Virus record (IMG/VR): IMGVR_UViG_3300033388_007160
Coordinates: 1-64,000 of that record
Source of the DNA: a virus
Length of the DNA stretch: 64,000 nucleotides
Strand: one strand, 5' to 3'
The notes under the pieces are model-generated. The model searched no databases and had not been told where the DNA came from. It saw nothing but the letters and a program-made list of their open reading frames with translations. Positions 1-9,215 of this stretch are shown in pieces. A program made the position numbers and the translations under genes. The first letter of the stretch is position 1, and every line of letters starts with the position of its first letter.

Positions 1-843
1 GAAGACGGCCTCGCCATCGCCCGTCTGACTCGTGCCTATCCTCAGCGCGTGCATAAAATCCCCGTGCCCATACAGCTCAACTACGATGAAGTCCGCCGGA
101 AGATTGACTCGTATCGTGAGCAAATGGACGTGGACACAACGGTTACTTACGACAGCACTTCTGCTGGCTTCCGTATGGTCGGTCAGAGTTCGCCTACCAA
201 TGTAGATACGGATTACTATCTGCCTCGACTTTATACGCCGGACGGCAAGTTTGTTGATGGCGATGTTGAGAACCTACCTGCAGACAATCCCTATCTCACC
301 GACCTTGACGACATTTATCTGGACCTGAGGCGACTGATTTGCGCCCTCAATGTGCCGCTTGAATACCTGAACATGCGCGTCGGGCAACGTAGCTTCGTGG
401 ATAAGGCTTCCGAAGAAGCCCAGGAAAGCTTTGCGTATCTTATCCGTCATGTGCAGATGGCTTATGCCCACGGCCTTCGCCAGATATTCGACCTTCAGCT
501 TCTTCTGAAGGGCATCAATCCGCTGGAGGCCAAATATGAGGTGATGTTCCCCGTGGTCAGCCCGATAGCAACCAAGCGGTCGGCACAGGTTGACGCCATC
601 CGTGCAAATGTGGCTATGGTCTGGGCCAAACTTGGCATACCCGCTGAAGTGATTGGCCGGTCTGCCCTCCATCTCAGCCGTGACGACCTAGAAAGGTGGC
701 TCCAAGCCACAGGTGGCAAAATCTCCACCGAAGGCCTGGAGAAGTGGATAGACTACGCTTTAATGCAACTCAAACCCGATGAAGAAGAGGAGGGCGAGAA
801 GGAATATGAGCCTGCTGGAGCGGATACAGCAGCTACACGATGA
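1..843 (+). CDS. Portal protein, T4 gp20-like (5' truncated by window edge)
   Basis: Frame is open from base 1. EDGLAIARLTRA..RV, DYYLPR, VENLP and DI..LRRLICALNVP parallel T4 gp20 motifs (EDA.VIYRITRAP.RR, EDYWL.RR, V.TLPG, ALRVP). Confidence 0.85.
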   Translation, partial: EDGLAIARLTRAYPQRVHKIPVPIQLNYDEVRRKIDSYREQMDVDTTVTYDSTSAGFRMVGQSSPTNVDTDYYLPRLYTPDGKFVDGDVENLPADNPYLTDLDDIYLDLRRLICALNVPLEYLNMRVGQRSFVDKASEEAQESFAYLIRHVQMAYAHGLRQIFDLQLLLKGINPLEAKYEVMFPVVSPIATKRSAQVDAIRANVAMVWAKLGIPAEVIGRSALHLSRDDLERWLQATGGKISTEGLEKWIDYALMQLKPDEEEEGEKEYEPAGADTAATR

Positions 844-3800
844 AGCCCATGAGAAGCAGGATAAAGAGTTGCATGAGCTTGCCCGGCTGCTCATGGACAT
901 CTTTGACTTGGGCCACATAAGTATTGACGAACTGGACGAGCAGCCGGATGACCTGTGGCATAAATTTCCTCTGGCTGTGTCCGTCGCCAAGCAGGCTGTC
1001 CTTCAAATCGGTTCTTCCGTCAAACGCACAGACTATCACGATATAGACCTTCTCGTCCGCAGTGAAGGGGCCTGGGAACTGCTGGACGCCGTATCAGGCA
1101 AACTTGAACAGGTTCTCGGTGCTCCTATCCATCTGGTGCATGATGAATCTGGCCCGCATGGAGACTATGTGCCTGTTTATGATGTTGTGCTAATCCGGCG
1201 GCCTGAAAGGCAGCTTATCCACCCCGATGGCGTCGTCAGGCCGGGGGAATTCGTCAGAATTGGCCCATGGCGTCGCGTAGGGACATTCAAATTCCCCGTG
1301 GTGGCCCAGCATCTTATCCGTGGTGAACGTTACCAGATTCACAAGATTGGCGAAAAAATCATTGTCTTCAATAACGAAGGTGAAGTGATAGAAGATGACC
1401 TCTCGGTAAGCAACTTCGCCCTGGCCTTCTGGCGCATGGATGAACCTCAGGTTGCCGTCTGGGAAGGCGTATGGGACGGGGAAAACTTCTGGATTTGTGA
1501 ACTTCTTTACCATGAGGACGCCCAGGCCTGGAACATGCCTCTCCAGCATCGCCTTGCCCTGATGCAAAAATATGACTACCCCGAACCGGTGAGAGTCGTG
1601 CCCTATGAAATCATCCTGACGCCTGATGATTTGCTTGAACTTGAAGAAGGCACCTATGTCATCAAATGGCGCTATGAGCGTATAGACCTGCAGCGGCCCT
1701 TCTGGTTCGTATATGAAGCCCAGGCCATTAAGCCGGGGCAGTTCTTCAAGCTACTGAAGCCAGGTGCTTCCTATCATGGCCGTGAGTTTTTCTCTATTGA
1801 TGAGATTTGGGAATTCTGGGCCAAGCGCTTCATTGAAGAAGGCCATAAAATTTACTGCCAAGCCAAGATCGATGGTACGCACTGCGAGGGACATGTTTGG
1901 GCTGGCGGCGAGCAAGTTCGTATCTTCACAGAAGACCGTGCCCGTGACCGCAGCCAGTATCTCGGTCAGCTTGTTAAAGCGATGAAGCAATGGTGCGAAG
2001 ACGCTGACGTAGATAGCATCGTTTTTGACGGCGAAATCGTTTGGTATAAGAATGGCAAGGTCATTCCTCGCAAAGACATGGCTGCTATCTGGGGCGGTAA
2101 GCGAGATTTGAGCAATGAAGACATTCGCTGGTTCATCTTTGACCTTGTTTATGTAGACGGCGAAGACATACACGAGCAGCCCTATCAAGAACGGTTTAAG
2201 CGCCTCAAGGAACTTTTCAGCAAGGCCAGCGCAGAGGTTAAGAAGCGACTCATTCTCATCCCCAATCGTGTGGCCGATAGCAAGGAGACCTTCTATAAAC
2301 ACTGGGATTGGGCCTCCTCTTTCTCGTTCAGCGAGGGCATGGTGTGCAAGCTTGATACGATGACTTACGAGTTGGACGGCGGCACTGTCTACATGGCGAA
2401 GTGCAAAACTCGAAAAGAAATCCACACTTTAGTCATAGGCCGCCGCAGAATTGCTGGAAAAGACAACACGTATCAGTATCGCTGTGCCTTGAAAGCACCC
2501 GGTGGCTACCAAGCTATTGAAGCCGAGCGCAAAGTCACCGACAAAGACCTCGAAACAGAAAATGAATGGGAGATGGCTCCTAGTTGGCCGAGGCGTGAGA
2601 AGGGTGAATATGCATATGGTTCAACTTATGCTGTGGAAATGGAACGTCCGGCCAAGCTTGGCGAAATCATCTCTGTCATGGTTGACAATATAAATGTCTG
2701 GGAAGGTGATGATGGCAAGGAACACATCTCTTGGGAAAAGCCGCGAGTGATGAACATCCAACCCGAAGAGAAAGAACCCGACTCTGTGGAGTTCGCTAAG
2801 AAGCTGGCTAAGTACGGCACAAGGAAGGCCGAGGAAGTTGAATCGGCTCCTGCTGATTCAGATGAACAAGCAACAGTTGGCGAGGCTGTAGAGGTAATTG
2901 ACAAAGAAATCCCACCGGAGAGAGGCAAGGATGATGAAGGTGGCGAGGGCGGCGATGATGATGTGCTTTCGCGCTTCTGGTTTGAGATAGACGGCCAGGA
3001 AGTTGAACAGGACGACGAGCCCAACAAGTTCTGCTATCAGCATCATGTTCGGGGCATCATGATGCCCGATACGGTTAAGCGTGTGCAGAAGATACTTTTG
3101 CAGGGTGGCGAGGAGGCCGAGAAGGTCTGGAAGGAATTTGGCCTGGCAACGTTGACTATCCCTGTGGAAGAGCTCAAGCAGAAGGTTCGGGCTGCCAAAC
3201 CTGGCGAAGTCAGCAGTATCATCAATCAGGCTCTTGACAAGAAATTCCCCGGCGAGATTGAAGTGGCCGACCTTAAGCGTATAGTGCAGCGCGGTAATTG
3301 TCACGGCGATTTGCGCATCGAGGCCCCGCCCAAGCGTGAATTTCTGCTGGGCATCACGCAGGCTGTGGTGGGCAGTGCATTACAGTTCATGGACGATCCG
3401 AAGCATATAGAAGAACTTGGCGAAGAGAAGTTTATCGAGGGAGCCGAACAATGGCCTGCTGCCCTCAAATACTTCCAGCCCTATGGCTGGCTTACGCTGG
3501 TTGACTGGGGCGAATATGAATGGTCGCCGCCTGGTGATGTGGGGGCTACGAAAAACACGGCTGCCGTCTTCTACCTCGTGGACAGAGGCCAGGCCATCCT
3601 TGGCGTCCAGAAGCACGACTTCCATGAAGTGTTCTTGATATTCGAGAGGAACAAGAAATTGAGTGGCCGTTATATCTGGACGAAGGTCAACCTGCAGGGG
3701 CAGTGGACATGGCTTGGCCGTCGGCCCAGAGATCAGACGCCCTACATCCTCACGCACAATAAAGAAAAGGAAGAAGAAAAGGCCAAGCAGGAACATGGCT

Positions 3801-3925
3801 GGATAGTCTGGAATCCACTGGCCTGCGAAGCCCTTGCCAAGACCAAGCTCAAGAACCTGCTGCCCGTCAACTGGGAAGACAAAGTTGAACCCTTCTTCGA
3901 CGAACCAAGGGTGGACTTTAGCTAA
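806..3925 (+). CDS. Multidomain ATP-dependent DNA ligase: Pol-beta-like NTase + degenerate ligase copy + active ligase/OB + LigD-type 3'-phosphoesterase
   Basis: NTase motif IGSS..DIDLLV. Ligase motifs AKIDG, FDGEI, FDLVYVDG, EGMVCK, AKCK. C-terminal FCYQHH..HGDLRIE..VDRG..KLSGRY resembles the LigD PE domain. ATG 806 follows GAAGGA (ORF track starts at 779). Confidence 0.85.
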   Translation: MSLLERIQQLHDEAHEKQDKELHELARLLMDIFDLGHISIDELDEQPDDLWHKFPLAVSVAKQAVLQIGSSVKRTDYHDIDLLVRSEGAWELLDAVSGKLEQVLGAPIHLVHDESGPHGDYVPVYDVVLIRRPERQLIHPDGVVRPGEFVRIGPWRRVGTFKFPVVAQHLIRGERYQIHKIGEKIIVFNNEGEVIEDDLSVSNFALAFWRMDEPQVAVWEGVWDGENFWICELLYHEDAQAWNMPLQHRLALMQKYDYPEPVRVVPYEIILTPDDLLELEEGTYVIKWRYERIDLQRPFWFVYEAQAIKPGQFFKLLKPGASYHGREFFSIDEIWEFWAKRFIEEGHKIYCQAKIDGTHCEGHVWAGGEQVRIFTEDRARDRSQYLGQLVKAMKQWCEDADVDSIVFDGEIVWYKNGKVIPRKDMAAIWGGKRDLSNEDIRWFIFDLVYVDGEDIHEQPYQERFKRLKELFSKASAEVKKRLILIPNRVADSKETFYKHWDWASSFSFSEGMVCKLDTMTYELDGGTVYMAKCKTRKEIHTLVIGRRRIAGKDNTYQYRCALKAPGGYQAIEAERKVTDKDLETENEWEMAPSWPRREKGEYAYGSTYAVEMERPAKLGEIISVMVDNINVWEGDDGKEHISWEKPRVMNIQPEEKEPDSVEFAKKLAKYGTRKAEEVESAPADSDEQATVGEAVEVIDKEIPPERGKDDEGGEGGDDDVLSRFWFEIDGQEVEQDDEPNKFCYQHHVRGIMMPDTVKRVQKILLQGGEEAEKVWKEFGLATLTIPVEELKQKVRAAKPGEVSSIINQALDKKFPGEIEVADLKRIVQRGNCHGDLRIEAPPKREFLLGITQAVVGSALQFMDDPKHIEELGEEKFIEGAEQWPAALKYFQPYGWLTLVDWGEYEWSPPGDVGATKNTAAVFYLVDRGQAILGVQKHDFHEVFLIFERNKKLSGRYIWTKVNLQGQWTWLGRRPRDQTPYILTHNKEKEEEKAKQEHGWIVWNPLACEALAKTKLKNLLPVNWEDKVEPFFDEPRVDFS

Positions 3926-3976
3926 GCTTTTGCCATAAAATTGGCAACAGAAGGTTGCCAGAGGAGGCGATAAGGA

Positions 3977-4330
3977 ATGCGGCTTAAGATTTATTTGGCG
4001 CTCGTCATCGGGGCTTTCCTGTGGGCCCTCGGTTCGGTTTGGGCTACAACGGAGAAGGTCTGTGGTGTTTGGGGCGTCATAGCTTATGGCATAGTGGCAG
4101 CAGCATGGCTTGCCATGGTGCTTGTGGCGCTTCACAAGGCAGGCTTGCCTTATCCGGTGGACATGAAATACGTCAATATTGCCTATGCGGTGCTAAGCGT
4201 GCTGACGTTCGGCGTGGCTTTTGTTGTCATACTTTTGACTTATGGTGACACGGCTGCTGTGCTCTGGGCCGGTATGGCCTCAGTAGGCTTGCTTGGCATG
4301 GCATACGAATGGTCGAGGGGGCGAGCATAA
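3977..4330 (+). CDS. Small membrane protein (~4 TM)
   Basis: Four hydrophobic segments; AAGGA upstream. Confidence 0.6.
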   Translation: MRLKIYLALVIGAFLWALGSVWATTEKVCGVWGVIAYGIVAAAWLAMVLVALHKAGLPYPVDMKYVNIAYAVLSVLTFGVAFVVILLTYGDTAAVLWAGMASVGLLGMAYEWSRGRA

Positions 4331-4331
4331 A

Positions 4332-4520
4332 ATGGGTTTCTTTGAGAAACTGCTTCTCAGGAAACTGCGGCAAAAGGCCGAGAAAAAGGCAGCATCTGAG
4401 CTTGTAGCAAGGCATTGGCCCGCAATTGAGAAGACGCTTCGGGAACTCGGTTATGATACCGAACGTGACTTCAAGGTTGCCAGAGTGGCCTGCGAAAGGC
4501 TGATTGAACATATGCTGTAA
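4332..4520 (+). CDS. Hypothetical protein
   Basis: Fills the gap between neighbouring genes; MGFFEKLL start. Confidence 0.5.
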   Translation: MGFFEKLLLRKLRQKAEKKAASELVARHWPAIEKTLRELGYDTERDFKVARVACERLIEHML

Positions 4521-4523
4521 GCC

Positions 4524-7487
4524 ATGAAATACGCTGAGATTACACCACAAAACGTTGCCAAAGCGCCGGATGAAGAACTGCGCAGCATTCACCGGCGTTT
4601 GCATAGCTGGTGGGTTAACCTGAAGTGTGAACGTGACATGGCGAACAAAAGTGAACATATGACTTGCCGTGGGATACTTGACAGGCATTTGCTTGTTGTG
4701 AAAGAATTTCTCAAGCGAGGCATTAAGCATAATGAGGTGGATGCGTTGGATACCATGACAAACAGGCTGCTGCGCAAAGAAGAACAGGATGCCGATGGCC
4801 GGTGTGGGACAGGCCAAGGGGCTGGTAAGCCCAAGAAGGGCGATGGCGGCGTGGAGTATTGCGTCTGTCCCAATTGTGGTTATAAAATGAAACATGAACG
4901 GGGCACGCCATGCAATCAATTCAAGTGCCCGGAGTGTGGTACACCGATGCAGGGAGCAGATGAAGCGGCCAAGAAAGATTACGGCAAGAAGACTGATTAT
5001 GGCAAGCTGAAGGGTAAGTGCCCATATGCAGGCGACCCTGAGAAATGCCCGGCGGCTGCCAAGGGTTACGGCTATCCGCCCAAGAAAGGCGAGGGGCCGC
5101 CTGAGGCAGCCAAGAACTGTAAGTATGCCAAGGAATATAAGTGCCCGTATTTCGGCAAGTATTACGGATACAAGAAAAAGTCCAAGGATGCATGGGTGCC
5201 TTCTGACCTTCAATCTCTTGCCCAAGCATTGCTGAAAGCGGGCACCTACGAAGAGTGCGAAAGCATAGCTATCCAGGCCCAGCAGCTTGAAGTGCCCGAA
5301 GAGTTTGAGGACTTCCGCAGGCTTATTATCGCTGAGGCCGAAGAGAAGGCACAGATATTCAAGTCCGACAATCGCGTTGAGCTTATTGACTCGTTTGAGG
5401 GGCAGGTTCTTGAGCTGCAGGAAGCCGATGAAGGCCGGGTTCGGTTTAAGGCCATCGTCGGCCAAGTCAATAAGGTCAACAAGAACAATCGGCTCTATCC
5501 GAAGAAGGAAATCGTCAGGAACCTGCCTCGCGTAAACGAGCTTATCAAGGCAGGGAAGTTTGTCGGTTTGGCTGACCATCCAAGCTTGTTCAGCAGTGGT
5601 TCAGTCCTTGACATTGCTGTAAAATTTACAGCGGCAGGCCTGAGGGGCAATAACATTGTTGTTGAAGGCGAAGTCGTGCCCACGCAGGCCGGTAAGGAAG
5701 TTGTCACATTGTGGAAGCATGGCGTTAACACAGAATGGTCGCTGCGTGGGTATGGCGAACTCCGGCCTGCCAAGGATAAAGACGGCAAAGATTTGGGCTA
5801 TGAAGTTGTAGAGAATTATGTGTGGGATGCAGTTGACATAGTATTGCGAGGTGCCGCAGAGACTCAGACTTTGAAAGTTGAATTTGAGCACGAAGACCAC
5901 CAGACTGAAAACTCTATACAAGAAGCGAGCCGGGGTGGAGACCCCGGCGGTGAGGCGATGGCTGAAGAGAAGGTTGTTGAACAGGCCGAACAGGCACAGG
6001 CTCAAGAGCAGGCTCAGGAACAGGCTACCCAGCCTGAGCCCCAGATAAACGTTGATGAAATCGCCAAGCAGCTTGAAGAGAAGGTTGCTGCCAAGGCCAC
6101 TGAGGTTGTGGACGCGGCCCTGAAGGCTGCGGAACTGGCGGCCTACAAGCGGCAGCGCATTGAGGCCGAACTGAAAGACCTTGAAGAGAACGTGTGTGCG
6201 CCTATCGTGCAGGCCGTCGAACGGGCATCCTCGAAGGAAGAAGTTGACAAGGTCTTCGAGGAATTCAAGCCGCTTGTTGAGAAGGTGCTTCTGGCGAAGA
6301 AGGTTGAGTATGCCGGTGTGGGCATCATCACCGAGGAGCGCCGGAAGCGCCACTATCGCGACCTGTGGGTGCATCCGGCCACGGGCGAAATCGCTGAACG
6401 GCCTGAAACGGTGGCCGAAGTCAAGGCCGCCCTGCTTGAAGGCCTCGAAGGCCGTACGCGCAAAGTCTTCGAGGATGTCCTTGCGAACTATGAGGAGAAC
6501 TACCCCGAATATCTGGAGGCCTGCACGAAGCACCGCGTGATGGAAGCGGCCACGACAACGACGGCGCTTGGTGTGACGCTGCCGCAGATTCTGCCGCTGA
6601 CCCGCCAGTTCTTCCCGAACCTGATACCATTTGAGATTGCGTCGGTGCAGCCACTGAAGGGCCCGACGGGTCGCGTCTACCATCTGGCGTTCAAGAAGGC
6701 AGGCGGTGGTGACTTGGCCGACAGCTCGTCCTTTGACAGCACTTGGGCCGACCATACGGAAGGCGATTCGAAATCCCAGATTACGCTGCAGTTCAGCTAC
6801 ACCGACGTTGAAGCCGAAGAGAAGGCCATCTACTTCCACGTCACCGAACAGCTCGTGCAGGACATGAAGGCGCTCTATAATCTGGACGCCGAGAAGGAAC
6901 TGCTGCAGGCGGCTTCCGATGAGATTGCCCGCGAGGTCAACTACCAGTTCCTTGAACTGCTGCGTGCCAATGCCACGGCAGGTTCCGAGAACTATGGCAC
7001 CAAGCGGCCCAGCGGCTACACGTCCGACCTCGAATGGTATCGGATGCTGGTGGCGTTCATCCAGAAGGTGTCGGCCAAGATTGGTGCGAAGGTCAACCAT
7101 GAAGGCAACTGGATTGTAGCCGATCCGAACAGCATTAACATCCTCGCTGCTGTGGACGCCCTGCAGGGTGCCCAGCCCGAACGCAACTACGGCACGGGCC
7201 TGGTCCGGTTGGGTGTCATCCGTGGCTTCACGGTCTACCAGGCACAGTGGTTCCAGCCCAACACCATCCTCGTGGGCTTCAAGCCGCCGAGCTGGCAGTA
7301 CGCGGGTGCCGTGTATGCGCCATATGTGCCGCTCTACATCGGCCAGACTGAGATTGACGCCGAGACGAACACCCGCAAGCGGTCGGTGTCCAGCAGGGCG
7401 GCCATGGCGGTGCTGAACGGCAACGCATACGGCATCGTGAACGTCCAGTTCGGCACCACGGGCACGCCGCCATTCGACAGCGCCTAG
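4524..7487 (+). CDS. Polyprotein: N-terminal extra domains + prohead protease (T4 gp21-like) + scaffold + major capsid protein (T4 gp23-like)
   Basis: Protease NKNNRLYP..G.ADHP..SLRGYG. Coiled-coil scaffold. Capsid LIPFEIASVQPLKGPTG, EIAREVN, YAPYVPL. N-terminal CVCPNC..CPECG zinc ribbon. Confidence 0.9.
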   Translation: MKYAEITPQNVAKAPDEELRSIHRRLHSWWVNLKCERDMANKSEHMTCRGILDRHLLVVKEFLKRGIKHNEVDALDTMTNRLLRKEEQDADGRCGTGQGAGKPKKGDGGVEYCVCPNCGYKMKHERGTPCNQFKCPECGTPMQGADEAAKKDYGKKTDYGKLKGKCPYAGDPEKCPAAAKGYGYPPKKGEGPPEAAKNCKYAKEYKCPYFGKYYGYKKKSKDAWVPSDLQSLAQALLKAGTYEECESIAIQAQQLEVPEEFEDFRRLIIAEAEEKAQIFKSDNRVELIDSFEGQVLELQEADEGRVRFKAIVGQVNKVNKNNRLYPKKEIVRNLPRVNELIKAGKFVGLADHPSLFSSGSVLDIAVKFTAAGLRGNNIVVEGEVVPTQAGKEVVTLWKHGVNTEWSLRGYGELRPAKDKDGKDLGYEVVENYVWDAVDIVLRGAAETQTLKVEFEHEDHQTENSIQEASRGGDPGGEAMAEEKVVEQAEQAQAQEQAQEQATQPEPQINVDEIAKQLEEKVAAKATEVVDAALKAAELAAYKRQRIEAELKDLEENVCAPIVQAVERASSKEEVDKVFEEFKPLVEKVLLAKKVEYAGVGIITEERRKRHYRDLWVHPATGEIAERPETVAEVKAALLEGLEGRTRKVFEDVLANYEENYPEYLEACTKHRVMEAATTTTALGVTLPQILPLTRQFFPNLIPFEIASVQPLKGPTGRVYHLAFKKAGGGDLADSSSFDSTWADHTEGDSKSQITLQFSYTDVEAEEKAIYFHVTEQLVQDMKALYNLDAEKELLQAASDEIAREVNYQFLELLRANATAGSENYGTKRPSGYTSDLEWYRMLVAFIQKVSAKIGAKVNHEGNWIVADPNSINILAAVDALQGAQPERNYGTGLVRLGVIRGFTVYQAQWFQPNTILVGFKPPSWQYAGAVYAPYVPLYIGQTEIDAETNTRKRSVSSRAAMAVLNGNAYGIVNVQFGTTGTPPFDSA

Positions 7488-7508
7488 TAGCTTAACAGCG
7501 TAACTCGG

Positions 7509-7546
7509 ACCGGGGGCCGTCGGGATGACGGCTCCCGGTTTATTTT
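7509..7546 (+). terminator. Intrinsic terminator after the capsid gene
   Basis: ACCGGGGGCCGTC/GACGGCTCCCGGT stem (one G-U) followed by TTATTTT. Confidence 0.8.
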
Positions 7547-7566
7547 GTCATGCAAATGGGTAGACT
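7537..7566 (+). promoter_or_regulatory. SigB/SigF-type promoter GGTTT-N16-GGGTA (copy 1)
   Basis: Same motif and spacing as 49382-49407 and 62042-62017 (-); sits just upstream of ORF 7591. Confidence 0.6.
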
Positions 7567-7590
7567 ACGAGTGATGGCAGAGAGAAAGGA

Positions 7591-7995
7591 GTGTCCCCGA
7601 TGGCTGTGCTGGCTGTATCATTGATATGCTTGTGGGCCGAGGTTCCTGCTACGGGTGCTGCGCAAGAGTTCTATTACATGTGCGCCAAGCCTGCTACTGA
7701 GTTGTATGGGATAATAACAGCCCCGCCTGAACCGGCTAAATTGGCCAAGGCTTTTGAGTTCGTTCGGGCAGGCTTGCAATGCGTTGAAAAGGCTTGGCGA
7801 GCTGCCCACCGAAGCAATGACTATCAAGAGTTTCTGGCCGCTCTGTATGTACATCGAGGTTATGAGGCTCTGGTCTGGTATTATCTGGCCTGCTGCTGGG
7901 CAAAACAGGGCAATCAAGACATGGCCTTCCAATTCTGGCAGGTCAGTTCACTGCTCTGGAAACAGGCACAGGATATTTATCAACCTATCAAGTAA
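7591..7995 (+). CDS. Exported helical hypothetical protein
   Basis: Hydrophobic signal-peptide-like N-terminus; AAAGGA SD. Confidence 0.55.
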   Translation: MSPMAVLAVSLICLWAEVPATGAAQEFYYMCAKPATELYGIITAPPEPAKLAKAFEFVRAGLQCVEKAWRAAHRSNDYQEFLAALYVHRGYEALVWYYLACCWAKQGNQDMAFQFWQVSSLLWKQAQDIYQPIK

Positions 7996-8022
7996 AGACC
8001 ACATAAAGGGGTTGTACTTGCC

Positions 8023-8724
8023 GTGCCTGCTAAGATTGGAGCAATTGACTTCATCAACATAAACGACCCATTCGAGGGTGGCAAACGCATTCAGCTTCCT
8101 TTGAGAACTATAAGCGCTGTTGACAAAGAGCTCTTTTCACATTTTTCTGCAGAGGAACGTGCTTCATTGATTGCCGAAGCAGCTTGGGACGCTGCAGCCC
8201 GTGATGCACCTCTCGCCGTTTGCGACTATATATATTCGAGGCACCCCAACATAGTCCGAAAAGTAGATGAATGCCGCAATCTTATTGCTGCGCAAGCACA
8301 ACATCTTCGTGGAAATCAGATTGCTAAACATGTCTTAGAACATTATGTCGGAAGTTTGGCAGATCTGTTAAATTGGACGGCAAAGCATATCACCTGCGGA
8401 GAACCACCCTTTGACATTGAAGCATTTATAGCCTTCGCACGCGAAACTTGTCACTACATCCAAGGTTTAATAGCGAATATCGAGCATGAGCTCGCTTGTT
8501 TTGAAGCTCATGAACCTCGTTCTCGCAGAGAAGAACTACAAGCAACAAAACGTCTGCTGACAAGAATGCTTGGCGAAGTCAATCGTGCTGCGACGATTTA
8601 TCTTAGGATTGCCAAGAGCATTAACGAGTTAATCCAGCAGATTTTGCCTCAAATCTATAGCCGGGTTTATATGGAGCTTAGGCACATTTGCGAAGAGACA
8701 ACAGAGGAGGAGCTTGCCCAATGA
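8023..8724 (+). CDS. Hypothetical protein
   Basis: ORF track; no motif recognised. Confidence 0.55.
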   Translation: MPAKIGAIDFININDPFEGGKRIQLPLRTISAVDKELFSHFSAEERASLIAEAAWDAAARDAPLAVCDYIYSRHPNIVRKVDECRNLIAAQAQHLRGNQIAKHVLEHYVGSLADLLNWTAKHITCGEPPFDIEAFIAFARETCHYIQGLIANIEHELACFEAHEPRSRREELQATKRLLTRMLGEVNRAATIYLRIAKSINELIQQILPQIYSRVYMELRHICEETTEEELAQ

Positions 8725-9215
8725 TTCAACCAGAGATAGTTGTGCAGAAGCTCGTGGCAGTGGTCTGTGGGCTGGAGTTCTATGGTGCCCCGGCCCGCAG
8801 ATTTTGCACGATGATGGCCGAGTTTATCCCCACACTGGTGCGGCATTGCTCAAAGAAGGAAATCGCCGTTCGTGTTAGCGTCAACGCCTCATACGGTTGG
8901 GGCGAAGGAGATGAAGCTTGTGTCAAGGTTTGGTTCCCAGACATTCTTTTGCATGTGCTGCTATATTATCATCCCTTTGAAGGCGGGATAGAAACGGCAT
9001 CCTTTGCCTTTACTTTCGACCCGTATGATGGGCCGGTTGAGGCGATGTATACTTTCTATGTGCATGGGCGGCCCGGTGTTTATTATCGCCATGAGAACAG
9101 CTTAGGCATCCTTCGCGAACGCATCAGTGAGGATAACAAGCCATTGTTTGAGCGGGCTATTCGATGTCTCTTTGAAGTTCTAATGTCAACACCTGCAGAC
9201 GGGAGGTTGGCCTGA
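8721..9215 (+). CDS. Hypothetical protein
   Basis: GAGGAGG SD; ATGA coupling to the previous gene. Confidence 0.55.
   Translation: MIQPEIVVQKLVAVVCGLEFYGAPARRFCTMMAEFIPTLVRHCSKKEIAVRVSVNASYGWGEGDEACVKVWFPDILLHVLLYYHPFEGGIETASFAFTFDPYDGPVEAMYTFYVHGRPGVYYRHENSLGILRERISEDNKPLFERAIRCLFEVLMSTPADGRLA

Noticed and set aside
4227-7100. Long minus-strand ORFs (4227-5579, 5601-7100) and similar antisense ORFs elsewhere
   Set aside because: They shadow well-supported + strand genes and show no motifs.
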